Positions 51,601 through 61,372 of a stretch of DNA of 64,000 nt are shown piece after piece. Each line of letters opens with the position of its first letter. The first letter of the stretch is position 1. Made by a program: the position numbers and the translations under genes. The stretch is taken from positions 1,197-65,196 of the forward strand of contig CAYHHH010000001.1 of assembly GCA_964356125.1 (NCBI GenBank), in the 5' to 3' direction. The notes below the pieces were generated by a model. The model was not told where the DNA came from. It worked only from the letters and a program-made list of their open reading frames with translations, and did no database searches. Source of the stretch: an uncultured Bifidobacteriaceae bacterium. GTDB lineage: Bacteria; Acidobacteriota; Vicinamibacteria; Vicinamibacterales; JAMQPK01.

Positions 51601-52497
51601 GTGTCCAGCACAATTGGTTTCGTCGGTCTGGGAATCATGGGCAGGCCCATGGTGAAGAATCTGTTGAAGGCGGGTCACTCGGTGACCGTGTACGACATTA
51701 TGCCTGCGGGTATGGACGACGTGGCAGCCGCAGGCGCGCAGAAGGGCTCCTCGCCGAAGGACGTCGCCAGCAAGACCGACATCATCATCACGATGGTGCC
51801 CGACGGTCCAGAAGTCGAGCAGGCGGTGCTCGGCCCCAACGGCGTGCTCGAAGGCGCGAAAAAGGGGTCGATCGTCATCGACATGAGCTCGATCAGCCCG
51901 ATGGTGTCGCAGAAAGTCGGCGCGGCGCTCGAAGCGAAGGGCATCGAGTTTCTCGACGCGCCGGTGAGCGGCGGTGAGCCGAAAGCGATCGACGGCACGC
52001 TCGCGATCATGGTGGGCGGCAGCAAAGAGGTTTTCGACAAGATGGAGCCGATCCTCAAGACCATGGGATCGACCGTCACGCTGACCGGGAAGATCGGCGC
52101 GGGCAACGTGACGAAGCTCGCCAATCAAATCATGGTGGCCATCAATATCGCGGCGATGGGCGAGGCGCTCGCGCTGGCGACCAAGGCCGGTCTCGATCCC
52201 GAAGTCGTGTTCAACGCCGTCAAGGCCGGCCTGGCGGGCAGCACGGTGCTGAACGTGAAGGCGCCGATGGTGTACTCGCGGAACTTCAAGCCGGGCTTCC
52301 GCATCCGTCTGCACCAGAAGGATCTCCGGAACGCGCTGCTCGCCGCGGAGTCCATGAAGGTGGCGTTGCCGCTCACGAGCGCCGTGCAGAACATGCTGAT
52401 CGATCTGATGAACAACGGCGAAGGGGATCTGGATCACTCCGCCATCGTGCACGTGATCGAAAAGGCCTCGTCAGTGGAGATCAAAAAACACAGCTAG
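51601..52497 (+). CDS. 2-hydroxy-3-oxopropionate (tartronate semialdehyde) reductase / 3-hydroxyisobutyrate dehydrogenase family
   Basis: GTG start after AGGAG. GFVGLGIMGRPM Rossmann motif, and the ...GAGNVTKLANQ... family pattern. Confidence 0.9.
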   Translation: MSSTIGFVGLGIMGRPMVKNLLKAGHSVTVYDIMPAGMDDVAAAGAQKGSSPKDVASKTDIIITMVPDGPEVEQAVLGPNGVLEGAKKGSIVIDMSSISPMVSQKVGAALEAKGIEFLDAPVSGGEPKAIDGTLAIMVGGSKEVFDKMEPILKTMGSTVTLTGKIGAGNVTKLANQIMVAINIAAMGEALALATKAGLDPEVVFNAVKAGLAGSTVLNVKAPMVYSRNFKPGFRIRLHQKDLRNALLAAESMKVALPLTSAVQNMLIDLMNNGEGDLDHSAIVHVIEKASSVEIKKHS

Positions 52498-52587
52498 GCG
52501 TCCTCAATGTCAGACACATTGTCTCGCAAGGGCGACGCCGCGACAATGTTTCCCTCGATTTGCTCCCGAATTCCACCACGATCGCTA

Positions 52588-52603
52588 TGGTACGCCCGTT
52601 GCT
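52588..52603 (+). promoter_or_regulatory. sigma-54-type promoter upstream of the PEGA gene
   Basis: TGGTACGCCCGTTGCT matches 50938-50953 at 14/16 positions. Predicted +1 near 52614, SD 52631, GTG 52645. Confidence 0.5.
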
Positions 52604-52644
52604 TTAGCGCATGCATGCAGCGTCTGCCGTGGAGGCTCCCATCC

Positions 52645-53487
52645 GTGCGTCATAAACATCCTGTCATTCTCGGCTGCGCGATATTGGTGCTCGCGCTTTC
52701 AGCCTTTCCCGCAGAAGCCCAACGGGGTCGTCACGGCGGCGGTGGTGGTGGTGGTGGTCGCGTCACCGTCATCAGGCACTCGCCGCTGCTGTGGGGCGGT
52801 GGCTTCTACGGCGGCGTCTACAATCCGTACTACTTCGGCTTCGGCCAGTGGTATCCGTACCCGCATCCGGGTTTCGGATACCCGCCGGGCATGTATCACA
52901 ACGATGGCGCGGTCGCGCTGCGCCTGCAGGTGACGCCGCGAGACGCGTCCGTGTTCGTCGACGGCTACGCCGCGGGCGTGGTCGACGATTACGACGGCAT
53001 CTTTCAGCGGCTGCGTCTCGTGCCGGGGCCGCATGAAATCGTGATCTATCATCCGAGCCACCGCACGCTGCGACAGAACATCTATTACAACCCTGGTTCG
53101 ACGCACACGATCCGTCACACGCTCGATCGGCTGATGCCGGGCGATATCGCCGAGCCGCAGCCGGTGCCGCGCGCGATGCCGGCGTATCCGGGAATGCCCG
53201 GCGCACCGGGTATGCCGCCCGGCGTTGAATCAGGTCGCGGTCCTGACGTGGGAAGCCCTGACGAGCGCGCCGGTACGCTTGCGCTGCGCGTGCAGCCGGG
53301 CGACGCGACCGTGCTGGTCGATGGCGAGCCGTGGCGGGGACCGCAGACGCAGGATCGGATTGTGATTCAGCTCGCCGAAGGGACACACCGGGTTCGCATC
53401 GAAAAATCCGGATTTCAGACGTTCGCCGTGGACGTCGACGTGCGCGCGGGGGAAACAACCAGCTTCAACGTCAGTCTGCTTCCTTAA
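52645..53487 (+). CDS. PEGA domain-containing secreted protein
   Basis: GTG 52645 lies 9 nt after GGAGG (52631-52635) and gives the signal peptide VRHKHPVILGCAILVLALSAFPAEAQ. Two PEGA-like modules (LQVTPRDASVFVDGY.., LRVQPGDATVLVDGE..). Confidence 0.75.
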   Translation: MRHKHPVILGCAILVLALSAFPAEAQRGRHGGGGGGGGRVTVIRHSPLLWGGGFYGGVYNPYYFGFGQWYPYPHPGFGYPPGMYHNDGAVALRLQVTPRDASVFVDGYAAGVVDDYDGIFQRLRLVPGPHEIVIYHPSHRTLRQNIYYNPGSTHTIRHTLDRLMPGDIAEPQPVPRAMPAYPGMPGAPGMPPGVESGRGPDVGSPDERAGTLALRVQPGDATVLVDGEPWRGPQTQDRIVIQLAEGTHRVRIEKSGFQTFAVDVDVRAGETTSFNVSLLP

Positions 53488-53541
53488 CAGAAGATCAGGA
53501 GATCGGAAGAATTTCTTTTCTTCTGATCTTTTATCCTTCTG
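53488..53541. repeat. palindromic 8-nt-period array, AGAAGATC / CTTCTGAT family
   Basis: CAGAAGAT CAGGAGAT CGGAAGAA | TTTCTTTT CTTCTGAT CTTTTATC CTTCTG, immediately after the PEGA stop. Confidence 0.85.
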
Positions 53542-53567
53542 TTTGGTTTGTCCTCAGCGCGTCCGTA

Positions 53568-53573
53568 TATAAT
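53568..53573 (+). promoter_or_regulatory. perfect TATAAT box 9 nt upstream of the proposed glcF GTG start
   Basis: GTATATAATCGCGCCGTAGTG. No SD in between. Confidence 0.3.
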
Positions 53574-53582
53574 CGCGCCGTA

Positions 53583-54863
53583 GTGAGTACGCACCAGCAC
53601 TCAACGCGGCGCGATTTGCTCGACGACTGCGTGCACTGCGGCTTCTGTCTGGCGACGTGTCCGACCTATCTCTTGTGGGGACAGGAGCCCGACTCGCCGC
53701 GCGGCCGTATTCACCTGATGAAACTGCGGCGTGACGGCCGCGACACCCCGAGCGGCAGCTTCGCTCGCCACATCGATGCGTGCCTCGGGTGCATGGCGTG
53801 CGTCCCCGCCTGTCCTTCGGGCGTGCAGTACGATTCGCTGCTCGAGGCGGCGCGGCCGCAGGTCGAGCGCGAGGCGAACCGTACCATCGCCGATCGCGCG
53901 TTCCGCCGGTTGATTTTCTCGATGTTTCCCCATCCGCGACGGCTGCGCGCGTTGACGTGGCCGCTCGGGCTCTATCAGAAGCTCGGCATCCGGCGCCTCG
54001 TTCACTCGTCCGGCCTGCTCGCGCTGCTGCCGAAGCGCCTGCAGGCGATGGAACGCCTGCTGCCGCCGATCGCCTTTGGCGGCGCCACTCTTCCGGCGCG
54101 CATTCCGGCGCACGGCCAGCCGCGCAGACGGGTCGCGCTGCTGCTCGGATGCGTCCAGCGCGTGTTCTTCGGACATGTCAACGAAGCGACCGCGCGCGTG
54201 CTTGCCGCCGAAGGATGCGACGTGATCGTGCCGCAGACGCAGGGGTGCTGCGGCGCCCTCGCCGAACATGCGGGCGAAGAGGAAGACGCCAAGACGTCCG
54301 CGAGAAAACTGATCGACGCGTTCGAAAGCACGGGCGCCGATACCATCGTGATCAACGCCGCGGGCTGCGGCTCCGCGATGAAGCGATACGGCCATCTGCT
54401 GCGCAATGATGCGGCGTACGCCGCGAAGGCGCAGGCGTTCGCGGCCAAGTGCAAGGACATCTCGGAAGTGCTTGCCGAGCTCGAGCCGCGCGCGCCGAGA
54501 GGCCCGGTACAACTCAGGGCTGCGTATCACGACGCCTGTCATCTTCAGCATGCGCAAGGTGTCCGCGCGCAGCCGCGCCTGCTGCTGCAGGCGATACCGG
54601 GCGTCACCGTGCGGGAGATCGCCGAATCGGACATCTGCTGCGGGTCGGCCGGCATCTACAACCTGCTCGAGCCCGAGGCCGCGACCGAGCTGCGCGATCG
54701 GAAGGTGCAGAACATTCTCAAGACCGACGCGGAGGTGATCGTGTCGGGCAACCCCGGATGCCTCCTTCAAATCGCCACGGGCCTCGAGGCCGCCGGGCGC
54801 CCCATGCGCATCATGCATCTTGTCGAAGTTCTCGATCAGTCGATCCGTGAAGCCCAAAACTAG
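53583..54863 (+). CDS. glcF: glycolate oxidase iron-sulfur subunit (GlcF-like, 2x4Fe-4S + CCG domains)
   Basis: CVHCGFCLATCPTY and CLGCMACVPACP clusters. Two CCG-type Cys-rich domains. GTG 53583 chosen. Confidence 0.85.
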   Translation: MSTHQHSTRRDLLDDCVHCGFCLATCPTYLLWGQEPDSPRGRIHLMKLRRDGRDTPSGSFARHIDACLGCMACVPACPSGVQYDSLLEAARPQVEREANRTIADRAFRRLIFSMFPHPRRLRALTWPLGLYQKLGIRRLVHSSGLLALLPKRLQAMERLLPPIAFGGATLPARIPAHGQPRRRVALLLGCVQRVFFGHVNEATARVLAAEGCDVIVPQTQGCCGALAEHAGEEEDAKTSARKLIDAFESTGADTIVINAAGCGSAMKRYGHLLRNDAAYAAKAQAFAAKCKDISEVLAELEPRAPRGPVQLRAAYHDACHLQHAQGVRAQPRLLLQAIPGVTVREIAESDICCGSAGIYNLLEPEAATELRDRKVQNILKTDAEVIVSGNPGCLLQIATGLEAAGRPMRIMHLVEVLDQSIREAQN

Positions 54864-55894
54864 GTACGTCGCGGCGATCGTCACCATAGCGGCCTGGGCC
54901 ATCAATCGGCGCTCGCGCACGCGTCGATGTTCCTCGTGATGTGGACCGTCATGATGATCGCCATGATGCTGCCGTCGGTGATGCCGGCCGTGCTGCTGCA
55001 TCGGCGGCTCGCCCAGTCGCGTGTCGAGCGAGGCGATCGCGCCGCAGCGTCGCAGATCCGTCTGCTCGCCGGGTACTTTTCGATTACCAGATGACCCAAT
55101 GGAAGCAGCTCTGCCTGCGCCATTGCCGATCGCCGCTCGACGTCTTCGCGCGGCACGAGATTCGCCGCGCTGCCGATTCATGGCGATTTGGCGTGCACCA
55201 CGGCGCGTACTGCGCCGCCTGCTGTTGGGGGCTGATGGCCATCCAGCTGTCGCTGGGCGTGATGAGCGTGCCCCTGATGGCGCTGGTCGCGCTCGTCATC
55301 CTGATCGAGAAGCAGTGGCGCCACGGCGAGGCGCTCGCCCGGGTGATCGGCGCGGCATCCCTCGCCGGAGGCATTGTTCTGGCCCTCCGCGCTACAATCC
55401 CTCGCGAGGGGCACTACGGCGCCACGAAGCTCGACGGCGTCACATTTGCCGCGGCCTACTGGTGGCCCGGCGCGGTCCATGAAGGCAACGGCATCGTGCA
55501 GCTGGCCATCGACGAGCGCGCGACGGCCGATCAGCGCACCGCGATTCTGAACATCACCAGCGGGAAGGACGGCTGCTCCTTCTTCGAAATTTTCGCGGCT
55601 GTCGTATCGAAGGCGCTCGATCCTGTGTACGTGCCCATCACGCTCTCGAGCGATCGCGAGACGCGGGTCGCCGAGTTGAAGGTGCCCGGCTTCGGCGAAT
55701 TCCGCATCGAACCGATCAGGAACCCCGTGACGGGCGAGGAGCACCGCGCCCTCATCAAGCTGCCGAACGGGTTCGAGTATCAGGAAGCCGAGATGGGGAA
55801 TTGCCTCGAGAATTACGCGAAGCTCGGCGACAAGGTGATCTCCAACAAGAACAGCTACGCGCAATTCGCCGCGGTCGACTGGTCGAATGCCTAA
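54864..55894 (+). pseudogene. decayed DUF2182 (metal-binding membrane protein) fused to 5'-truncated DUF1326
   Basis: DUF2182 pieces are readable in three frames: YVAAIVTIAAWAI, then MFLVMWTVMMIAMMLPSVMP (54927..55094), then QWKQLCLRHCRSPL...HHGAYCAACCWGLMA...LIEK. The third frame continues without a stop into DUF1326 lacking its first 45 or so aa (starts near GHYGATKLDGV...PIRNPVTGEEHRALIKLPNGFEY). Confidence 0.6.
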
Positions 55895-57149
55895 CTCATT
55901 AATCACCGAGACCGCGGTCTCGCTGCTCGGGGTCGACGCGGTTCGGCTCGGCACGCCGGCCGATGCCATCGAAGGGGTGGTCCCTCGCGTGATCGTGGAG
56001 CCTGCCTCCGCCGAATCCATCGGCGGCGTGCTCGAGTGGGCATCGCGCGAAAAGCTGTGCGTGATGGTGCGCGGCTCCGGCACGAAGTTGGGCTGGGGCG
56101 CGCCGTCCCGTCAGATCGACATTCTCATGTCGACGACGCGGCTGAATGCAGTGGTCGCGCATCGACACGGCGATTTGACGGCCACCATCCAGGCGGGCGC
56201 AAAACTGAGCGACGTGAATCGAGCGCTCGCGCAGCACCGCCAGTGGATTCCGCTCGATCCGCCGTCCGCCGAGCGCGCGACGATCGGCGGACTCGTGGCG
56301 ACCAACGACAGCGGTCCGCGCCGGCATCGGTACGGAGCGCCGCGGGACTTGATCATCGGCGTCGAGTTCGCGCGTGCCGACGGACGCCTCGCGAAAGGCG
56401 GGGGCATCGTCGTCAAGAACGTCGCCGGCTACGACATGCCGCGGCTGCTGACAGGATCGTTCGGCAGCCTGGGCGTCATCATCACCGCGACCTTCAAGTT
56501 GTATCCGCTCACCACCGCGTCACGCACGCTCGTCGTCGAGCCGTCGAGCGCGGCCCATCTCGGTGAGTTGGCGGTGAAGGTCGCGGCGAGCCACCTGACG
56601 CCGACCGCCCTCGAGTTTGCCACGCATCCACTGCGCCTCATCATCAGGTTCGAGTCGATCGAAGCGTCGGTCGCGCAGCAATCTGAAACGGCGTCGAAGC
56701 TGCTCGCGGAAAGCGGATACGAGGCGCGCACGCTTTCCGGATCGGCTGAAGAGCAGTTCTGGCAGAACCACACGCGGCTCGCCGATGACGACCGAGGCGC
56801 GCTCTTGAAAGTGAGCGTGCTGCCAACCGAGCTGGCGGAGACGTTGACGGTGATCGAGCGGCTGGCGGGAACGCGCGGCTACATCGCGGCCGGGCGGGCC
56901 GGTGCGGGCGTGTTTCTGCTGCGCATTACCGAGGAGGTGCAGTTGCAGAAGCGCGTCATCGACGGCCTTCGCGATGCCCTGCAGATCGGCAGAGGCAGCG
57001 CCGTCGTGATGAAGTGCTCACCGGAGTTACGGACGCATGTCGATGTATGGGGACCCATTGGCGACGGGCTTTCGCTGATGAAGGCCGTGAAGCAGCAGTT
57101 CGATCCCGCGGGGATATTGAGTCCGGGCCGAGGGCCGGGCGGCATCTAG
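55887..57149 (+). CDS. glcE: glycolate oxidase FAD-binding subunit (GlcE-like)
   Basis: FAD_binding_4 pattern (VRGSGTKLGWG...VVKNVAGYD). 420 aa. Confidence 0.85.
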   Translation: MPNSLITETAVSLLGVDAVRLGTPADAIEGVVPRVIVEPASAESIGGVLEWASREKLCVMVRGSGTKLGWGAPSRQIDILMSTTRLNAVVAHRHGDLTATIQAGAKLSDVNRALAQHRQWIPLDPPSAERATIGGLVATNDSGPRRHRYGAPRDLIIGVEFARADGRLAKGGGIVVKNVAGYDMPRLLTGSFGSLGVIITATFKLYPLTTASRTLVVEPSSAAHLGELAVKVAASHLTPTALEFATHPLRLIIRFESIEASVAQQSETASKLLAESGYEARTLSGSAEEQFWQNHTRLADDDRGALLKVSVLPTELAETLTVIERLAGTRGYIAAGRAGAGVFLLRITEEVQLQKRVIDGLRDALQIGRGSAVVMKCSPELRTHVDVWGPIGDGLSLMKAVKQQFDPAGILSPGRGPGGI

Positions 57150-57155
57150 TTTCGT

Positions 57156-58607
57156 TTACATCCGGTCGGCCAGTCCGGCTTTCTCCGCCGGATGCTGGCG
57201 ATACGGTCCGGGCACTTCGCCACACATGCGCGGCGTCGGAAAGATCTTTCCGGGATTGCAGATCCCTGTCGGATCGAACGCGCCGCGCAGCAGCTGCATC
57301 GTCTCGAGATCGGTCTCGGTAAACATCTTCGCCATCGACGCCGATTTGTCGGCTCCCACGCCATGCTCGCCGGTAATCGATCCACCGGCTTCGATGCAGT
57401 ACATCAGAATTTCCGACGCGACTTTTTCCGCGAGCGCCCCCTGGCCGGGGATCTGCTCGTCGTAGCAGATCAGCGGGTGGAGATTGCCGTCTCCGGCGTG
57501 GAACACGTTGCCGATCCGCAAGCCCGATCGCTCTTCGAGCGCGCGGATGCGCCCGAGCACCTCGCCGAGCTTCGTACGCGGGATGACCCCGTCCTGCACG
57601 TAGTAATTCGGCGAGACGCGGCCCATCGCGGCGAACGCGGCCTTCCGGCCTTTCCAGATGCGCGCGCGCTCGTCGTTGTTGCGGGCAATCTGGATTTCGG
57701 TGCCGCCCGTGCGATGGCAGATGGCTTCGACCATCTGAAACAGCCCTTCGACTTCCGACTGCGCGCCGTCGAGCTCGACGATGAGCACGGCTTCGGCCTT
57801 TGGAAAATTCGGATGGACCGCCGCCTCGGCGGCTTCGACCGTCAGCCTGTCCATCATTTCGACGGCGGCGGGAATGATGCTGGCCGAAATGATCTCCGAT
57901 ACCGCAGCGCCGGCGGCTTCGGTGGATGGAAAGGCCGCGAGAATCGTCTTGACCGCTTGAGGCACGCGCAGAATCTTCAGCGTGATCTTCGTGACGACGG
58001 CGAGCGTGCCTTCCGAGCCGACGAGCACGCCGAGCAGATCCAGGCCGGGCGCGTCCAATGCGGATCCGCCGAGCTGCACGCATTCGCCGTTCGGCAGCAC
58101 CGCTTCGACGCCCAGAACGTGGTGCACGGTGAACCCGTATTTCAAACAGTGCGCGCCGCCGGAATTCTCGGCGACGTTCCCGCCGATCGAGCAGATCAAC
58201 TGGCTCGAGGGGTCGGGCGCGTAATAGAAGCCGTGGGGCGCGACGCGCTTCGTGACATCGAGATTGATGACCCCCGGCTCCACGGTCACGCGCTGATTGG
58301 GAATATCGACCTCGATGATGCGGTTCAGCCGCGACAGCCCGATGAGCACGCCGTCGGGGCGCGGGAGCGCGCCGCCCGACAACCCGGTTCCGTGGCCGCG
58401 CGCAATGAACGGGATGTTCCGTGCGTGACACAAGCGCACGATCTGCTGCACCTCTTCCGCCGTGCTCGGCAGCACGACGCACCCGGGCGTCGCCTTCAAC
58501 CGCGCGAGGCCGTCTGATTCATAGGTCAGCAGATCATTCGGATCGCGGAGCACGCCGGTTGATCCGACGATGCCCTCGAGGCCGTTGACGAAATCGACGT
58601 TCAACAT
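57156..58607 (-). CDS. glcD: glycolate oxidase subunit GlcD (FAD-linked oxidase)
   Basis: ARGHGTGLSGGALP, NVAENSGGAHCLKYG and GEHGVG motifs. 483 aa. Confidence 0.9.
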   Translation of the reverse strand: MLNVDFVNGLEGIVGSTGVLRDPNDLLTYESDGLARLKATPGCVVLPSTAEEVQQIVRLCHARNIPFIARGHGTGLSGGALPRPDGVLIGLSRLNRIIEVDIPNQRVTVEPGVINLDVTKRVAPHGFYYAPDPSSQLICSIGGNVAENSGGAHCLKYGFTVHHVLGVEAVLPNGECVQLGGSALDAPGLDLLGVLVGSEGTLAVVTKITLKILRVPQAVKTILAAFPSTEAAGAAVSEIISASIIPAAVEMMDRLTVEAAEAAVHPNFPKAEAVLIVELDGAQSEVEGLFQMVEAICHRTGGTEIQIARNNDERARIWKGRKAAFAAMGRVSPNYYVQDGVIPRTKLGEVLGRIRALEERSGLRIGNVFHAGDGNLHPLICYDEQIPGQGALAEKVASEILMYCIEAGGSITGEHGVGADKSASMAKMFTETDLETMQLLRGAFDPTGICNPGKIFPTPRMCGEVPGPYRQHPAEKAGLADRM

Positions 58608-58668
58608 CTGCGTATCTTAACCCTTGAGCCGTGTAGGTCGATGGATCCTGCCAGTAGAGTTGATCGTA

Positions 58669-59619
58669 CTACGCGGCGGCCTTGCGCTCCTCTTCGCGGA
58701 TCACGCGCTTGTACCACCACGAGGTGAGGAGCGGCGTCAGAATCGCGGTGACGATGACGGATGCGGCCACCTGCACCGTCGCGGCTTCCGCAACGGGCGC
58801 GTAGGTGGTGTCGGCCATGGCGACGGCCTTCGGTACGGCCGCTGAGTTTCCTGCGGTGCTCGAGGCGGCGGCGCCGGCAATGCCGCTGCCGCCCAGCAGC
58901 TTGTCCGCGAGGATGCAGACGAAGCCGGTGACGACGACGACGGTGAGGCCGAGAATGACGCCGGGCAGTCCCGCGGTGACGACCGAACGCAGATTGATCG
59001 TCTGACCGAGCGTGAACGCCATGAACGGCACGATGATCGGTTCGTGCGACCCGAAGAATTCCTTGATGTCGTCGTCGAGGTTGCCGAGCAGCGCGCCGGC
59101 GAGAATCGGCGCAACCACCGACAGCATCGTCAGCCAGGGGATGACGGCGAGACCGGCGCCCACGAAAATCAGCATCGTCAGGAACGGGCCCGTTTCGACG
59201 CTCTGGACGACGTATGTGCCTGAGTCGTCCTTGTTGCCCATCACGCTGGTCAGCGCGAGGAACATCCCACCGTTGGTGTCGCTCATCGCCACCATCACGG
59301 CGAGTGTGCTGAGACCGAGCACGCTGCCGCCGAAGTAGTTGGCGATCGCGAGCGCGAACAGCGTCGCCGTGCTGACTTTGGCGAACAGGATGCCGCCTCC
59401 CCGCAGCAGCATGCGTGGAGCGGCGCGAAATGTCATTTTGGTACCGACGGTGAAGAGATACATCCCCAGTACTGTCGGGTAGCCCACTCCGGTCAATGCC
59501 TGAGTAAATCCGCCAATCTTCAATAAGTCCGGGAAGAACGTGTTGAGGACCATGCCGAGGAAGAGCGGCACGACCATCAGTCCGCCAGGCACGCTGTTGA
59601 CCGTCTTGAGGATTTTCAT
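58669..59619 (-). CDS. kdgT: 2-keto-3-deoxygluconate permease
   Basis: MKILKTVNSVPGGLMVVPLFLGMVLNTFFP... matches the KdgT family N-terminus. About 10 TM helices. Confidence 0.9.
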   Translation of the reverse strand: MKILKTVNSVPGGLMVVPLFLGMVLNTFFPDLLKIGGFTQALTGVGYPTVLGMYLFTVGTKMTFRAAPRMLLRGGGILFAKVSTATLFALAIANYFGGSVLGLSTLAVMVAMSDTNGGMFLALTSVMGNKDDSGTYVVQSVETGPFLTMLIFVGAGLAVIPWLTMLSVVAPILAGALLGNLDDDIKEFFGSHEPIIVPFMAFTLGQTINLRSVVTAGLPGVILGLTVVVVTGFVCILADKLLGGSGIAGAAASSTAGNSAAVPKAVAMADTTYAPVAEAATVQVAASVIVTAILTPLLTSWWYKRVIREEERKAAA

Positions 59620-59674
59620 GGGGGCTCATTCTACTTGCGCCGAAGTCGAGAGGAACGATATAACTTGGACCTCC

Positions 59675-61363
59675 TTGGAAAACCGGCTCGCCAATCCCCA
59701 CGAATGGCTGCGCCCCGCGAAATGGTTGGCTGTCTGCTGGATCATTCTTTTCTGGAAGCTCGGCGCGCCGGCGCTGATGGATCCCGACGAGGCGCACTAC
59801 GCGCAGCTGACGCGCGAGATGCTGCGCGAGGGCAACTGGATGATGCCGTTGCTCGATGGTCTTCCCTACATCGATAAGCCTGTCCTGTTCCATTGGCTGC
59901 AGGGGCTGGCGATCGCCGTGCTCGGCGAGACGGAGACCGCGATGCGGTTGCCGAGCGCGCTCGCCGGCATTGCGTTGTTCTGGATGACGCGCTGGACCGG
60001 CGAGCAACTGTTCGACGAGCGCATCGGCGTGCGCGCGTGGCTGATGCTCGCGACCCTGCCGCTGACGTTCATGCTCGGCAGCATCGGCGTCTTCGACATG
60101 GTGTTCACCGCGTTTCTGTTCGGTGCCATCGCGTTCGCGTTCGTGGCCGCCCTGCGCGATCGGCCGCGCCTGCAATACGTGTCGTACGTGCTCCTGAGCT
60201 TCGCGGTGATGACGAAGGGGCCGGTCGCGCTCGTCCTCGCAGGCGTGTTCTTTCTCGCCGGCCTTGCCTGCGGGAAAGAATGCCGCACCGCCTTGTTGTC
60301 GCTGCGGTGGGTGACCGGCGCGGTGTTGACCGTGGTGCTGTCACTGCCGTGGTTCCTCTGGATGTACTATGCGCTCGGGTGGCACTTCGTGCATCAGTAC
60401 GTGCTCGCCGGCAACGTGTACTACATCACGCAGCCGCAGTCGTTCTCGAATCGCGCCTTCAACCACACGCTGTATGTCTCCACGTTCTTCGCGGGATTTT
60501 TTCCGTGGAGCATCGTCGTGCTCGGCGGCGCGCTCGACACCATCCGCCGATGGCGCGCGCGCACGAGGATTCCGCCGGAGGAAATTCTTCTGTGGGTGTG
60601 GGTCGGCGTGGTGTTTATTTTCTTCAGCATCGCGCGGTTCAAGGTCGACCGCTACGTCTACCCGGCGGCGCCCGCGTGCTGCCTGCTCGCCGCCCGGGCG
60701 TGGATGAGCATGAGTGTCTTTCGGCCCGACCTCGCGGCCGCACGTGACAACCTGTTCGCGCGCTGGTCGATCGTGACGCTCGGCGTCATTCTCGTCGCGG
60801 CAGGCATCGTGTCCGGATTCACGCTGTTCAATCTCGGGCTCGATCTCCCGCGCGCCGCACTGCTCGTTCCGATCAGCCTCGCTGCGGGCGGGGTCGTAAT
60901 GGAGGCGACAATCCTGCGGCGCAGAGCCGTCTCGCCGACGCTCTTTGGCGCGGTGATCGCGATGCTGCTCGTCATCTACGGCTCAGTGGCCGCCTTTGGG
61001 TTGCCGGTGCTGGAGCGCGCCCGTCCGACTGAGGCCCTGGCCGACACGCTGCGGCCGAAGCTCGAGGCCGACGATCGAGTGGCGTTGTACCGGCTGGAGA
61101 AATGGCGGTTCAGCCTGCGGTACTACCTCGAGCGCCCGCTCGGGAAGCTCCAGGAGCCGGCGGATGTCAGGAAATTTCTGTCTGACAACGGCGGCTACAT
61201 CCTCATGCTCGACGAAGATTTCGCCCTGTTGCGCCGGGACGGCATCAACCTGCGGTCTGTCGCCGAGCGGCCGGCCGTGACCGGGACGACCGGGAAGGGA
61301 CTACGGAAACAGAAATGGGGCGCCCTGGTCGTCGCGACCTCGGACGACACGCCCAGGAAGTAA
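59675..61363 (+). CDS. GT39/ArnT-like glycosyltransferase (dolichyl-phosphate-mannose-protein mannosyltransferase family)
   Basis: DPDEAHYAQLTREMLREGNWMMP...YIDKPVLFHWL motif, with multiple TM helices. Start uncertain: TTG 59675 is listed because ATG 59618 would overlap the divergent kdgT start codon. Confidence 0.8.
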   Translation: MENRLANPHEWLRPAKWLAVCWIILFWKLGAPALMDPDEAHYAQLTREMLREGNWMMPLLDGLPYIDKPVLFHWLQGLAIAVLGETETAMRLPSALAGIALFWMTRWTGEQLFDERIGVRAWLMLATLPLTFMLGSIGVFDMVFTAFLFGAIAFAFVAALRDRPRLQYVSYVLLSFAVMTKGPVALVLAGVFFLAGLACGKECRTALLSLRWVTGAVLTVVLSLPWFLWMYYALGWHFVHQYVLAGNVYYITQPQSFSNRAFNHTLYVSTFFAGFFPWSIVVLGGALDTIRRWRARTRIPPEEILLWVWVGVVFIFFSIARFKVDRYVYPAAPACCLLAARAWMSMSVFRPDLAAARDNLFARWSIVTLGVILVAAGIVSGFTLFNLGLDLPRAALLVPISLAAGGVVMEATILRRRAVSPTLFGAVIAMLLVIYGSVAAFGLPVLERARPTEALADTLRPKLEADDRVALYRLEKWRFSLRYYLERPLGKLQEPADVRKFLSDNGGYILMLDEDFALLRRDGINLRSVAERPAVTGTTGKGLRKQKWGALVVATSDDTPRK

Positions 61364-61372
61364 GATACCCCC

